Below are positions 48,211-59,336 of a DNA stretch of 64,000 bases, piece by piece. The notes beneath the pieces are model-generated. The model made no database searches, was not told the origin of the DNA, and saw nothing but the letters and a program-made list of their open reading frames with translations. The position numbers and the translations under genes were made by a program. This DNA is from Candidatus Micrarchaeota archaeon. Lineage in GTDB: Archaea; B1Sed10-29; JAJRYS01. Positions within the stretch are counted from its first letter, which is position 1. Each line of letters starts with the position of its first letter. The stretch covers positions 15,895 through 79,894 of the forward strand of contig CAZXTN010000003.1 of NCBI GenBank assembly GCA_964643685.1, read 5' to 3'.

Positions 48211-50483
48211 ATATTGAAAACGAGATAAACGAAAAATGGAAGCAGGAAAAATTATACAAATTCAACAAAAACACAGAAAAAGAGATAATTACAATTGACA
48301 ACCCACCAGCATACCCAAGCGGACACTGGCACCCCGGCTCAGCAACAGGATACTCATACATAGACATGATAGCACGCTACGAAAGAATGAACGGAAAAGA
48401 AATCAACTTCCCATACTGCCTTGACAGAAACGGCTTGCCAATTGAAATGGCAGTTGAAAAAAAATACAAAAAAAGCGCACACGACTATGACAGGGAAAAA
48501 TTCCTAAAACTCTGCGAACAAACAATCTCAGAATTCGGAGAAGAAATCAGAACCGGCTACGAAAAACTAGGAATATCAGTAGATTACGAAAACTACTACT
48601 ACACAGACATGGAAGAATACAGAAAACTAACACAAGCAACTTTCATAGAACTATACAAAAAAGGTTTAATCTATGAAGACGACAGGCCAACAAACTGGTG
48701 CACTGGATGCAAAACAACAATAGCAGATTCAGAAATAGAATACAACGAAGGCACAATAAAACTAAACAAGTTAAAATTCAAAGTAAAAGAAACAGGAGAA
48801 GAAATAGAAATAGCAACAACCCGTCCTGAACTATTATGCGCTTGTGAAACCGTAATATACAATCCAAAAGATAGCAGGTACAAGCACTTGAACGGAAAAC
48901 ATGCAATCACTCCAATATACGAAAAAGAAGTTTTAATACAACCGCACCCAGCAGCTTCAATGGAATACGGCTCAGGCTTAGTAATGATATGCTCATACGG
49001 GGACTCAACAGACGTGCAGTTATTCATTGAACTCGGTTTAAAGCCAACAAAGGCAATTGACAAGCATAGGAAAATGACAGAAGCAGCTGGAAAATACGCG
49101 GGATTAACAGTGCCAGAAGCAAGGGAAAAAATAATCAAAGAACTGGAAGAAACAGGCGTGTTAATAGGACAAGAAGACACGCCGCACAGGTACCCAATAT
49201 GCGAAAGATGCCACTCCCCAGTTGAAATCATAGCAATAAAAGAATTCTACTTAAAACAAATAGAGTTCCTAGACAAAGTAAAAGAGATGGCTGACAAGAC
49301 AAAATTCTATCCAGCAAAACACAAGCAAATACTCTTCGACTGGATAGACAGCGTGAAAATCGACTGGCCAATAAGCAGAAGAAGGTACTACGCAACAGAG
49401 ATACCATTATGGTACTGTGAAAAATGCGGAGAACTCCTCCTCCCAGAACCAGGAGAATATTACCAGCCATGGAAAAATAACCCGCCTGAAGGAAGCAAGT
49501 GTTCAAAATGCGGAGGAACAGAATTCAAAGGAGAAACAAGAGTATTCGACACTTGGATGGACTCCTCAATATCAAACTTATACGTAAGCGGATACAAAAG
49601 AGACGAAGAATTATTTAACAAAACATTTGGAAAAATCATACGCCCACAGGGAAGAGACATTGTAAGAACATGGCTCTATTACACAATGCTAAGAAATTAC
49701 CAGTTGCTTGAACAGCCTGCTTTTGAAAAAGTAATGATACACGGCATGGGCTTAGACGAGCATGGTAAGAAGATGAGCAAAAGCAAAGGCAACTTTATCT
49801 CACCAGAAGAAATGCTTTCAAAATACGGAGCAGACGCTTGGAGATTATGGGCAGCTTCAGAAACAAACATGGGAGAAGATTTCAGGATATCAGAAGAAAG
49901 AATAAAAGGAGCGTCAAAATTCCTGACAAAACTATGGAACCTAAGCAGGTTCATCTCCACATTTGAAATAAAAGAAACAGGAGAATTAAAAAACACGGAC
50001 CACTGGATACTCGCAGAATTAAACCAATTAATAAAACAAAGTAAAGAAGGATACGAAGAATACAACTTCTACATCCCAGCTACAAGAATCAAAGAATTTA
50101 TTTGGAACACTTTCTCATCAAACTATGTTGAAATGGTAAAACCAAGAGCATATGAAGGGGACACAGGAGCACTATACACCCTGCACACCTGTTTAAAGAC
50201 AATTTTGAAATTATTAGCTCCAATCACTCCGTTCATAACAGACAAGGTATATAGAGAAGTATATGGAAAAACAGTACACTTAGAGGCATTCCCAGAGGAG
50301 AATGAGAATTGGAACAGCAACTTCAAGGAGTTAACAGAAAAAATAATTGAATTCAATTCAATGGTATGGAAGACAAAAAAAGAACAAGGATTATCACTAA
50401 ACAGCGAAATAGAAGGAATAAAAATACCAAGCGAATTAAAACCATTTGAAGACGACTTAATCAAAATGCACAAGTTGAAATAA
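48174..50483 (+). CDS. valS: valyl-tRNA synthetase (archaeal type)
   Basis: TTRPELL, DWPISRRR, DTWMDSS, RPQG.DI.RTW, KMSKS. Confidence 0.95.
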   Translation: MDFKLKEKRWNTDIENEINEKWKQEKLYKFNKNTEKEIITIDNPPAYPSGHWHPGSATGYSYIDMIARYERMNGKEINFPYCLDRNGLPIEMAVEKKYKKSAHDYDREKFLKLCEQTISEFGEEIRTGYEKLGISVDYENYYYTDMEEYRKLTQATFIELYKKGLIYEDDRPTNWCTGCKTTIADSEIEYNEGTIKLNKLKFKVKETGEEIEIATTRPELLCACETVIYNPKDSRYKHLNGKHAITPIYEKEVLIQPHPAASMEYGSGLVMICSYGDSTDVQLFIELGLKPTKAIDKHRKMTEAAGKYAGLTVPEAREKIIKELEETGVLIGQEDTPHRYPICERCHSPVEIIAIKEFYLKQIEFLDKVKEMADKTKFYPAKHKQILFDWIDSVKIDWPISRRRYYATEIPLWYCEKCGELLLPEPGEYYQPWKNNPPEGSKCSKCGGTEFKGETRVFDTWMDSSISNLYVSGYKRDEELFNKTFGKIIRPQGRDIVRTWLYYTMLRNYQLLEQPAFEKVMIHGMGLDEHGKKMSKSKGNFISPEEMLSKYGADAWRLWAASETNMGEDFRISEERIKGASKFLTKLWNLSRFISTFEIKETGELKNTDHWILAELNQLIKQSKEGYEEYNFYIPATRIKEFIWNTFSSNYVEMVKPRAYEGDTGALYTLHTCLKTILKLLAPITPFITDKVYREVYGKTVHLEAFPEENENWNSNFKELTEKIIEFNSMVWKTKKEQGLSLNSEIEGIKIPSELKPFEDDLIKMHKLK

Positions 50484-50608
50484 AAAAAATGAGCACTAAG
50501 CGAAGCGCATGTGGTCAGCAGGGGGATCAGGATATCCCTAAAACTGAGGGGGACGGCAAGTCCCCCGCGGTTTGGATTGGAAAAAATGCACAAGTTAAAA
50601 TGAAAAAA
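50463..50608 (+). repeat. family-A element copy 3 (50490-50570) flanked by a duplicated valS 3' end (50463-50488 vs 50583-50608)
   Basis: AAAATGCACAAGTTGAAATAA vs AAAATGCACAAGTTAAAATGA. Confidence 0.88.
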
Positions 50609-50637
50609 GTGAAAACCAAAAGTGGTGAATAGATAAA

Positions 50638-53421
50638 ATGTATGACTTTAAAAAAGTAGAAGAGGAAATGCTGAAGCACTGGGAGGAAAACAAAATCTTC
50701 CAAAAGTTAATGGAACAAAACAAGGGAAAAGAAAAATACAGGTTCATAGACGGGCCAATCACTGCAAACAATCCAATGGGAGTTCACCACGCTTACTCAA
50801 GGACATTAAAAGACGCTTATCAAAGGCTAAAAGCAATGCAAGGATACAATCAAAGATTTCAAAACGGATTCGACTGCCACGGCTTGCCAGTGGAAGTGGT
50901 GGTAGAAAAAGATTTAGGCATAAGCACAAAAAAAGAATTAGAACAATATGGCATTGAAAAATTCATTGAGAAATGCAAGCAAAGAGTAGCAAAAATGAGC
51001 GAAATACAAAAACAGCAATCAATACGCTTAGGGCAATGGATGGACTGGGACAACAGTTATTACACAATGAGTGATGAGAACATTGAAACAATATGGGCTT
51101 TCCTTAAAAAAACACATGAAAAAAACATGCTTTACAAGGGGCACAAGGTAGTTCCGTGGTGCTGGAGATGCGGAACATCCCTTTCACAACACGAGTTAGC
51201 AGACGGCTACAAAGAACTGACACACGACACTGTTTACCTGCAATTCAAAATCAAAGGAAGAGACAATGAATACTTGTTAGTTTGGACTACAACGCCATGG
51301 ACTCTTTCTTCAAACGTAGCCTGCGCAGTCGGCTTAGATATTGTTTACTTGAAAGCAAAAAAAGACGGCAAAATTTACTATGTTTCTAAAAAAGTAGCTG
51401 AAGAAGTTTTAGGAAGTGATTATGAAGAACTTGGAGAAGTAAGCGGAGCGCAGTTGATTGGCTTGGAATACGAGGGGCCATACGACAACTTGCCTGCTCA
51501 AAAAGGAGTTGTTCACAAAGTAGTTGACTGGGAAGAAGTAGGAGAAGAAGATGGAACAGGAATAGTTCACATTGCGCCAGGCTGCGGAGCAGAGGACTTC
51601 GAACTAGGAAAAGAAAGAAACCTACCAGCAATAGCCCCAATAGATGAAAACGGCGAATATGTAGAGGGCTTCGGGTGGCTGACAGGAAAACACGTCAAAG
51701 AAGTCAAGCCATTAATCATCAAAGACCTGGAAGAAAGAGGAATCTTGTTCAAAGTTGGAAAAATCACGCACAGGTACCCAACTTGCTGGAGATGCAAAGA
51801 AGAACTCGTGTTCAGAAAAACAGATTCATGGTTCATAAAAGCAGATGAAGTAAGGGACAAAATGAAAGAATTAAACGAAAAAATTTACTGGTACCCTGAC
51901 TTCGGCGGAAAAATAATGAACAACTGGCTAGACAACTTGAAGGACTGGAATTTTTCAAGAAAAAGATACTGGGGAGCGCCTCTTCCATTCTGGGTATGTG
52001 AAAAATGCGGACACCTCCACGTAATAGGCTCGAGAAAAGAACTAGAAGAAAAAGCAATTAAGGGAATTGAGCAATTGAATGATCTTCACCGCCCTAACAT
52101 TGACAAGGTTGTAATTAAATGCGAAGAATGTGGAGCAGATGCAAAAAGAGTTGAGGAAGTCGCAGATGCCTGGCTTGACTCAGGAGTCGTGCCATACTCC
52201 ACTTTGCATTACTTAAAAGACAAGAACTACTGGGAAGAATGGTTCCCAAGCGAATTCATTTCAGAAATGAGAGAACAGATACGCCTATGGTTCTATTCAA
52301 TGCTGTTCATAAGCACGGTAATGGAAGAAAAAACTCCATTCGAGAAAGCGCTTATTTTTGAAAAAGTATACGATGAAAAAGGAAGAGAAATGCACAAGTC
52401 AGGTAAAAACGTCATATGGTTCGATGAAGGCATTGAAAAAATAGGAGCAGATGTAATGAGATGGATGTACGTCAAGACAAACCCGACTCAAAACGTGCTA
52501 TTCGGATACACCATAGGAAGAGAAGTGAACAACAAACTAAGTTACTTAGTAAACATAGGAAACTACTTGGAAAAATTCCTTGAAGAAAAACCAGAGGAAG
52601 TGAAAGCAGTTAAGCCAGAAGACAAGTGGCTGTTGTCAAGGCTTGAGAAGACAAAAAAAGAAGCCACGCAACACCTTGAAAAACTTGAAATACATTTGGC
52701 AACTAGAAAAATAGAAGACTTCCTTGAAAACACCCTGTCAAAAGAATACATCAAATACACAAGAAACAGGATGAAAACAGAGAAAAAAGAAGTAACAGGT
52801 TTGATTTACAAAGCACTCTTAGATACAGCTAAAATGATGGCTCCATTCACGCCATTCATAACAGACTACATTTACCAAAAGCACTTCAAGAAATACGAAG
52901 AAAAAGAAAGCATTCATTTGATGCAATGGCCTTCATACAACGAGCATTTAATTGATGAAAATCTTGAAGAAGAAATGAATGAAGTCAAAAAAACAATAGA
53001 AGAAGGACTAGCTAAAAGAAACGAGCTAAAAATTAATTTAAGGCAGCCTCTTCAAAAAATGACAATAACAGCAAAAAAACTAGACAAGTGGTTTGACTTA
53101 ATAAAAGAACAAGTAAACGTAAAAGAAATAGAAGAAGGAGAAGAGATAGGATTAGACACGAATATTACCCCTGAACTTGCAAAAGAGGGACTAACAAGAG
53201 AGATAACCAGAAGAATACAACAAATGAGAAAAGAATTGAAACTAATAGAATCAGATGAAATACTATTAAATATCAACCCAAAGCCAGACATCAACTACGA
53301 AGAACTTCAAAAAACAACAAACGCAGAAAAAGCAGGAGAATTAAGCGAAGCTGACTTGACTAAAAAATTCAAAGTAAAAGAAACTGAATATGAAATTAAG
53401 CTGAAAAAAAAGAAAAATTAA
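50638..53421 (+). CDS. ileS: isoleucyl-tRNA synthetase (IleRS2 type)
   Basis: DGP.TAN, GFDCHGLPVE, WTTTPWTL, GTG.VHIAP, SR.RYWG; GVHH and EMHKS signature variants. Confidence 0.96.
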   Translation: MYDFKKVEEEMLKHWEENKIFQKLMEQNKGKEKYRFIDGPITANNPMGVHHAYSRTLKDAYQRLKAMQGYNQRFQNGFDCHGLPVEVVVEKDLGISTKKELEQYGIEKFIEKCKQRVAKMSEIQKQQSIRLGQWMDWDNSYYTMSDENIETIWAFLKKTHEKNMLYKGHKVVPWCWRCGTSLSQHELADGYKELTHDTVYLQFKIKGRDNEYLLVWTTTPWTLSSNVACAVGLDIVYLKAKKDGKIYYVSKKVAEEVLGSDYEELGEVSGAQLIGLEYEGPYDNLPAQKGVVHKVVDWEEVGEEDGTGIVHIAPGCGAEDFELGKERNLPAIAPIDENGEYVEGFGWLTGKHVKEVKPLIIKDLEERGILFKVGKITHRYPTCWRCKEELVFRKTDSWFIKADEVRDKMKELNEKIYWYPDFGGKIMNNWLDNLKDWNFSRKRYWGAPLPFWVCEKCGHLHVIGSRKELEEKAIKGIEQLNDLHRPNIDKVVIKCEECGADAKRVEEVADAWLDSGVVPYSTLHYLKDKNYWEEWFPSEFISEMREQIRLWFYSMLFISTVMEEKTPFEKALIFEKVYDEKGREMHKSGKNVIWFDEGIEKIGADVMRWMYVKTNPTQNVLFGYTIGREVNNKLSYLVNIGNYLEKFLEEKPEEVKAVKPEDKWLLSRLEKTKKEATQHLEKLEIHLATRKIEDFLENTLSKEYIKYTRNRMKTEKKEVTGLIYKALLDTAKMMAPFTPFITDYIYQKHFKKYEEKESIHLMQWPSYNEHLIDENLEEEMNEVKKTIEEGLAKRNELKINLRQPLQKMTITAKKLDKWFDLIKEQVNVKEIEEGEEIGLDTNITPELAKEGLTREITRRIQQMRKELKLIESDEILLNINPKPDINYEELQKTTNAEKAGELSEADLTKKFKVKETEYEIKLKKKKN

Positions 53422-53567
53422 TTAAAACATACTCAGACAAAAAAGTATTTATAAAAAGACAATTACAATAATAAGCACCTGTTTTTAACTAAACAATAAT
53501 AAAGGATAAAACAAGTGAGATATAGAATTTTTGTTTCAAATTTTTCAGAAAACGGAGGGATGGAGAA

Positions 53568-55214
53568 ATGACTCAATTATCAGGACAACCTGTAATAGTG
53601 CTTCCAGAAGGAAGCAACAGAATACTCGGAAGAGACGCTCAAAAGACAAACATCATGGTGGCAAAAGCAGTTGCAAACGCAATACGCTCAACACTAGGGC
53701 CAAAAGGAATGGACAAAATGCTCGTAGACGACTTAGGCGACATTACAATAACAAACGACGGAGCGACAATACTAAGTGAAATGAACATAGAGCACCCAGC
53801 TGGAAAAATGCTGGTGGAAGTAGCTAAAACGCAAGACAATGAAACAGGAGATGGAACAACAACAGCAGTAGTCCTATCAGGAGAACTGTTGAAAAAAGCA
53901 GACGGGTTGCTTGACCAGGAAATCCACCCTTCAGTAATAATCAAAGGATATAAAGTAGCAGAAGAAAAAGCAATTGAATTGCTTGAACAAAGCTCTGAAA
54001 AAATAACAGTAGACGACGCTGAAAAGCTAATCAAAGTATGCAACACCACAATGAGTTCAAAAGGCTCAGTTGGAAAATCAAAAGGCAAGCTTTCAAAAAT
54101 GATAGTTGAAGCAGTCAAGCAAGTAGCTGAACAAACAGAAGAAGGAACATACATTAACAAAGACTACATAAAAGTCGAGAAAAAAGAAGGAGGAGACGTC
54201 GACGAATCAGAGCTCATAAAAGGAGTTGTAATAGACAAGGAAAGAGTCCACGCTTCAATGCCAAGGCAAGTGGACAACGCAAAAATAGCATTAATTGACT
54301 CTGCAATTGAAATAAAAGAAACAGAAACAAACGCTGAAATCAGAATAACATCACCAGACCAACTGCAAGCATTCATTGAACAAGAAGAACAAATGCTCAA
54401 GGAAATGGTTGAAAGAATCAAGAACTCAGGAGCAAACGTCGTATTCTGCCAGAAAGGAATCGACGACATGGCACAACACTACTTGTCAAAAGAAGGAATC
54501 TTCGCAGTAAGAAGAGTCAAAAAAAGCGACATGGAAAAACTATCCAGGGCAACGGGAGGCAAGATAGTATCCAACTTAAAAGAGTTAACAGAAAAAGACC
54601 TCGGATACGCTGACAAAGTCACTGAAAAGAAAGTAAGCGGAGAAGCGATGACCTTCGTAGAAGGATGCAAAGAACCAAAAGCAGTGACAATGCTCATAAG
54701 AGGAGGAACAGAACACGTCGTCAACGAAGCAGAAAGAGCAGTTGAAGACGGCATAGGAGCAGTAACCTCAGCAATTGAAATGGGCAAAGTAGTGACAGGA
54801 GGAGGAGCAATAGAAACAGAAATAGCAGTCAAGTTAAGAGACTACGCTCCAACAATCGGCGGAAGAGAACAACTTGCAATAGAAGCATTCGCAGACGCGC
54901 TTGAAATCATTCCAAGAACACTAGCAGAATCAGCTGGGATGGACCCAATAGACACACTAGTAAAACTAAGAACAGAGCATAAAAACGGAAACAAAAACGC
55001 AGGAGTGCATGTTTACAAGGCACAAATAGAAAACATGGAAAACGAAGACGTCATAGAACCAACAAAAGTCAAAAGACAAGCACTCGCAAGCGCAGCAGAA
55101 GCAGCTGAAATGATTTTAAAAATAGATGACATCATAGCAGCTGGCAAGCCAAAAGCACCTGAAATGCCTCCAGGAGGAGGCATGGGCGGCGGTGGAATGC
55201 CTCCTATGATGTAA
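53568..55214 (+). CDS. ths: thermosome (group II chaperonin) subunit
   Basis: [29 protein letters not shown]-rich tail. Confidence 0.98.
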   Translation: MTQLSGQPVIVLPEGSNRILGRDAQKTNIMVAKAVANAIRSTLGPKGMDKMLVDDLGDITITNDGATILSEMNIEHPAGKMLVEVAKTQDNETGDGTTTAVVLSGELLKKADGLLDQEIHPSVIIKGYKVAEEKAIELLEQSSEKITVDDAEKLIKVCNTTMSSKGSVGKSKGKLSKMIVEAVKQVAEQTEEGTYINKDYIKVEKKEGGDVDESELIKGVVIDKERVHASMPRQVDNAKIALIDSAIEIKETETNAEIRITSPDQLQAFIEQEEQMLKEMVERIKNSGANVVFCQKGIDDMAQHYLSKEGIFAVRRVKKSDMEKLSRATGGKIVSNLKELTEKDLGYADKVTEKKVSGEAMTFVEGCKEPKAVTMLIRGGTEHVVNEAERAVEDGIGAVTSAIEMGKVVTGGGAIETEIAVKLRDYAPTIGGREQLAIEAFADALEIIPRTLAESAGMDPIDTLVKLRTEHKNGNKNAGVHVYKAQIENMENEDVIEPTKVKRQALASAAEAAEMILKIDDIIAAGKPKAPEMPPGGGMGGGGMPPMM

Positions 55215-55216
55215 GC

Positions 55217-55325
55217 GCAAACTTTTGAAAAGTTTGCATCAAACAAGGCACCTGCACTTCGTTTGGTGCCTTAGTTCAAAAACCAAAGGTTTTTGAAAAT
55301 GTTTGCCTCTAACGAGGCAAAAAAA
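55217..55325 (+). repeat. family-B palindromic element copy 3
   Basis: GCAAACTTTTGAAAAGTTTGC-ATCAA-AAGGCACC..GGTGCCTT-AGTTCAAAAACC..GGTTTTTGAA-TTTGCCTCTAACGAGGCAAA. Confidence 0.85.
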
Positions 55326-55362
55326 GTAAATTGCAATTCAGTTGCTCAAACATTTTCTTTTT

Positions 55363-58176
55363 TTATTTTTTCTCTTGTTCATCACGTTTTTTCAGCTTGC
55401 GTTTAACTTCATCAATAAGCATTTTATTAATTCTCTCTTCTAATTCTGCTGAACCTCCTTTAATTCCAGCTTTTTTCAATTTTTCTTCAAATTCAGGATC
55501 AGATTCAGCAAGCAAAGTATTCCCATAAAAGAAAGAGTTGCTGTTTTTTTCAACAGGCTCATTTGCTTTTCCTTCAGGTTCTTTTTTTGCTTTTTTTGTT
55601 TTATTAGCAATCGCTTTTGCAACTTGCTCAACTTGACTTATTGTCAAGTCTTCAAATCCCTTGACATTGCTTTTCTGTTCTTTTTCAGAAATAGTTTCAG
55701 TTGCTTTCATCGTTTTTTTAACATTTTTATTCTTCTTTTCTTCTTCTAAATCTCCTTCATTAAACTCATTAGAATCAATAGGTATTGAATTAATCAAACT
55801 ATCCAGCCTGTCATCAATGCGACGTTCTTCACCCTCCTCTTCAATTGAATCTTCTAAAATTTCATCAATTAAATCATCAAGCTCGTCTTTTTCAATTGAA
55901 TCTTCTAAAAATTCATCAATCCAAGCATCAGAATCCTCCTCTTTCTCTCCTTCTTCAGCTCCTTCACTTACTCCTTTATCATATTCATCAATTTCATCTT
56001 CTAATTTTTCATCCCAATCAAAACCCCTATCTTCTTCCTTGTGCTCAGTTTCTTCACTTTCTCCAAAAATTTCATGATTCAGATTTTCAATATCCTCAAG
56101 ACTATAATCTTCAGCTTCCACCTCTTTTTCTTCTTTGACACCAACTGCCTCCTTCTTTGGTTCTTCACTTTCTGTCTTTTTTTTCTCTTCTCCTTTTTCA
56201 GCTTCTTCATTTATTATATCCTCATAATTACCAAACTCTTCTTCTTGTTCAACTTCTTCCTTTTCTTCTTTTAAAATTATCCCTTTTCTTGCTGCTACAT
56301 CATCAAAAACAGAATTCACAGCTTGGGACAATTCCCTTGCTTCTTCTTCTGTCAACAAAGGCGCTTTCTCTTTTAGATAACTTTTCATACTCTCCTTAGA
56401 TATTGTACCATCTGCTACTTCCCTAATAAAAGCTAAAGGAAGAAAACACCTATAAATAGTCTCATCCATCTCCTTTTGAGAAATTTTCCCATTTAAACGC
56501 TTTGAAATTTTTATAAGATGAGGAACTACTTTACTAATCTCTGCAGATGAAAAAACAACACCTGACATTCCCTCACTAAACTGTAAAACACCCTTAATTA
56601 TCTCTTTATAAGCTTCTTTGCCAATTTTATCTGAAGCAGAAGAAATCTTATCAAAAATCTTAACAAAACCTCTTATTTCATCAGCATCTTTTTCCCTCAA
56701 AACCTTCTGCATTTTCCAAAAAACATAGTCAACATCCTTTAATTCAAAACCCATGCTAGTTAGTTTGCTAACTGGCTTAAGAACACTCATAACCTCTTTT
56801 TTTGACAAATTCTTCTCACTTAAATCAATTGAAAAACCAGAAACCTGCTTAATAAAAGATTCAGTTTCCTCAGCAGAAGCGCCTGACTTAACCAAAGACT
56901 TATCCAACTTCTGTAAAAACTTCAAATAATCCCTCTGCAACAAAAAAGAACCTTCTTCACCAGCACTCACCTCAGGAACTTTGCTTAACACCCTCTCCTT
57001 AACTTCCTGCAACTTTCTTGAAACCCTTTTACCAAGCTTAGGTTTTTCTTCAATTTCTTCAGTTCGTTTCTTAAAAATTGAAAACCTCTTTTCATTTTGT
57101 TGTTGCCTTCCTCCCCCTTCCTGCTCTATCAAATCTTCTGCTACAGGTAATAAACCCTGCTCTTCTTCTTCATTTAATAACCTTTCTTCTTGTTCAATCT
57201 CTTCATTAACTTCATTTTCAACTTCTCTTGCTTCAAGCTCATTCATCTGTTCATCTAACCAAGCATTACCTAACTTCTCTTCCTCTTTTCCCTCCTCTGC
57301 TCTTTCTTCTTGAATCCTTACCTTCTCTTCTCTTGCTTCGCGATCAAGCCACCTGCGCTTCTCAGGCACTTCCCTAACAGGCTCTGCTTGTTCCTGTTCA
57401 AACTGCTCCCTTTCTCTTCTCTCTTGCTCTTCCCTTACCTGCTCTGCTTTTCTTTCAGCAACTTTTTCTCCCGTTAAACGAGCCAGCCTCTCCCTAAGCT
57501 CCCTTAACTTCTTTTCTTTACCAAAAACAAAACCCCTATTCTCTAATCTTTTTATCTCCTTTTCCAAAGATTCAATTAAATATCCTTTCCTTATATCTTC
57601 TCTTGATTTTTCTAATTCTCTTTCATCAGCTTTCCTGCCTAACTGCCTTGCTCTCTCTGCATCACTTACTTGACTTATTCCTACTCGTGGAGCTTCTATC
57701 CTTCCAATTTCAGGACCTTCCCTCCTTCTCTTGGAAACTCTTCTTTCTTCCCTTTGAACAGGAACCTGCTGTTTTTCCCTATACTCTCTTACAAATTCAT
57801 CAACAGCCTCTTGACTCCCTCCAAATAACTTAAACAATTCATTATAAGCAGCATTAAGAACATCACCCTTAGTTTCAGTTTCCAACACTCTTATTAAATT
57901 CTCTGCTTGTTTCCTTGTTTTCTCATCTAAAACTTGCTTAGCTCTAATTCCCTGTTCACGAGCAGTTCTTGAACCGCGTTTTATCAAAGGCCTAGCATCC
58001 ACTCTCCTACCTTCAACTACCCTCGCATTTCTAAGGTTTTCAATAACCTTCTTTTTCATTTCAATGCTAGCCTGCTGATTAGATTTAGAAACAGTTCCAG
58101 AAGTAGAACTAGCACCCCATTTACGAGGATGCTTACCTCCTCTTCCTCTTAATTGCCTTGCAGCTCTGCTAACCAC
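55363..58176 (-). CDS. large orphan protein: basic N-terminus, central helical domain, acidic low-complexity regions
   Basis: 937-aa ORF, GTG start with AGGTG upstream. Confidence 0.75.
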   Translation of the reverse strand: MVSRAARQLRGRGGKHPRKWGASSTSGTVSKSNQQASIEMKKKVIENLRNARVVEGRRVDARPLIKRGSRTAREQGIRAKQVLDEKTRKQAENLIRVLETETKGDVLNAAYNELFKLFGGSQEAVDEFVREYREKQQVPVQREERRVSKRRREGPEIGRIEAPRVGISQVSDAERARQLGRKADERELEKSREDIRKGYLIESLEKEIKRLENRGFVFGKEKKLRELRERLARLTGEKVAERKAEQVREEQERREREQFEQEQAEPVREVPEKRRWLDREAREEKVRIQEERAEEGKEEEKLGNAWLDEQMNELEAREVENEVNEEIEQEERLLNEEEEQGLLPVAEDLIEQEGGGRQQQNEKRFSIFKKRTEEIEEKPKLGKRVSRKLQEVKERVLSKVPEVSAGEEGSFLLQRDYLKFLQKLDKSLVKSGASAEETESFIKQVSGFSIDLSEKNLSKKEVMSVLKPVSKLTSMGFELKDVDYVFWKMQKVLREKDADEIRGFVKIFDKISSASDKIGKEAYKEIIKGVLQFSEGMSGVVFSSAEISKVVPHLIKISKRLNGKISQKEMDETIYRCFLPLAFIREVADGTISKESMKSYLKEKAPLLTEEEARELSQAVNSVFDDVAARKGIILKEEKEEVEQEEEFGNYEDIINEEAEKGEEKKKTESEEPKKEAVGVKEEKEVEAEDYSLEDIENLNHEIFGESEETEHKEEDRGFDWDEKLEDEIDEYDKGVSEGAEEGEKEEDSDAWIDEFLEDSIEKDELDDLIDEILEDSIEEEGEERRIDDRLDSLINSIPIDSNEFNEGDLEEEKKNKNVKKTMKATETISEKEQKSNVKGFEDLTISQVEQVAKAIANKTKKAKKEPEGKANEPVEKNSNSFFYGNTLLAESDPEFEEKLKKAGIKGGSAELEERINKMLIDEVKRKLKKRDEQEKK

Positions 58177-58270
58177 ACAAACACCTTGTAACTACTAATA
58201 AGTAGTTATATGTTTTATTGTTTAAATATTTAACTAGACAGTAGAAAGAGAACTAAATTTAAAAAACTTC

Positions 58271-58810
58271 TCATCTTCTCTGTTTCAAAAGACGCTTGTT
58301 AATTATCTTCAACTGCTTTTCTTTTTCTTTAATATCTTTAACTAATTTTTTTCTTTGCTTTTCAGGAACATGATTCAACAGAGAATACATTAAATCAACT
58401 TCTTCAATTAACTCGCTTCTCATCTGCTCAAGATCCTCATAAACTTTTTGTTTCAAGCTTCTTTTAGTTATTTTATGCTGTTCAGATAAATTCCCTTTTA
58501 TCAAGAATTCATCTAAGGCACTTGATTCTCGTTTTTCAGAAGAAACAGTCTTATCTTCTTTTTTTATCTTCCTAGTTTCAGATTCAACTGACTTTGAATT
58601 AGTTTCAGAAAGCAAGACAAGGTCAAAGCCTTTAAAAAGGTTGTAATTTTTTTCAAAAAAAAGCCTTTCTTCTGGTGAAAGCTTTTCCCCTTTCTTAAGT
58701 TTTTTTGAAATAATCTTAACTGCTTTATCTGCTCTTTTCAAACCAGAGGAAGTGAGTAAAAACTGGGTTTCACTTGGCTTTCGCTTTTTTCTTTTCAAAA
58801 AATTAATCAT
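58271..58810 (-). CDS. orphan K-rich protein
   Basis: 179-aa ORF, MINFLKRKKRK. Confidence 0.65.
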   Translation of the reverse strand: MINFLKRKKRKPSETQFLLTSSGLKRADKAVKIISKKLKKGEKLSPEERLFFEKNYNLFKGFDLVLLSETNSKSVESETRKIKKEDKTVSSEKRESSALDEFLIKGNLSEQHKITKRSLKQKVYEDLEQMRSELIEEVDLMYSLLNHVPEKQRKKLVKDIKEKEKQLKIINKRLLKQRR

Positions 58811-58909
58811 TAAAATAGAGTAAAGCAGTGAAAATTAATAAAACAATAGCTTAAGCAAGGCGAAAAAACCTCTTATTTTTTATTGTTGTTTTCCTTTTAC
58901 TTTTAACAT

Positions 58910-59326
58910 ATGATTATAGGAGTAATTGAAGAAACAACTGACAGGAACTTAAGCGACTTCCTGGAAAGATTCGTGCACAGCAGAGTAGAACAGACAGTAT
59001 TTAAGAAATTCAAAGCAGTTGACGAATTCGACGCCCTTGCCCTGCTGAACAAAACAAAAGAAATGCACCAACGCATACTGATTGCTGAACTTGACAGGGA
59101 AGAGCCTGAAAAAGAAACTGCTTTCTACGAAGCACTTGCAAACTGGGAAGCGCAAACAGGCTTGACTGTATTCAAAGCAATTTTTTACAACGACGAAGAA
59201 TCAGAACCAATAGTAAAAGAAACAGCAGTGAAATTCATTGAAAAAGTTTACAAAATAAAAATAAAAGAAGAAAAACCAGAACAAGACGACGAAGAAGTAG
59301 AAGGATTCGAACTACCAGGAGCTTAA
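58910..59326 (+). CDS. hypothetical protein, possibly a diverged archaeal riboflavin synthase/lumazine-synthase-fold homolog
   Basis: Residue pattern and length resemble archaeal RibC (by eye only). Confidence 0.55.
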   Translation: MIIGVIEETTDRNLSDFLERFVHSRVEQTVFKKFKAVDEFDALALLNKTKEMHQRILIAELDREEPEKETAFYEALANWEAQTGLTVFKAIFYNDEESEPIVKETAVKFIEKVYKIKIKEEKPEQDDEEVEGFELPGA

Positions 59327-59336
59327 GGGAGGAGAT

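Noticed and set aside
55840-55920. 30-bp direct repeat (IDE.LEDSIE) in the 937-aa orphan
   Set aside because: Ordinary in-frame low-complexity duplication with no palindromic insert.
4611-57833. Numerous F/S/L-rich antisense ORFs in the six-frame track
   Set aside because: Expected mirror frames of A-rich coding genes; no motifs or RBS.
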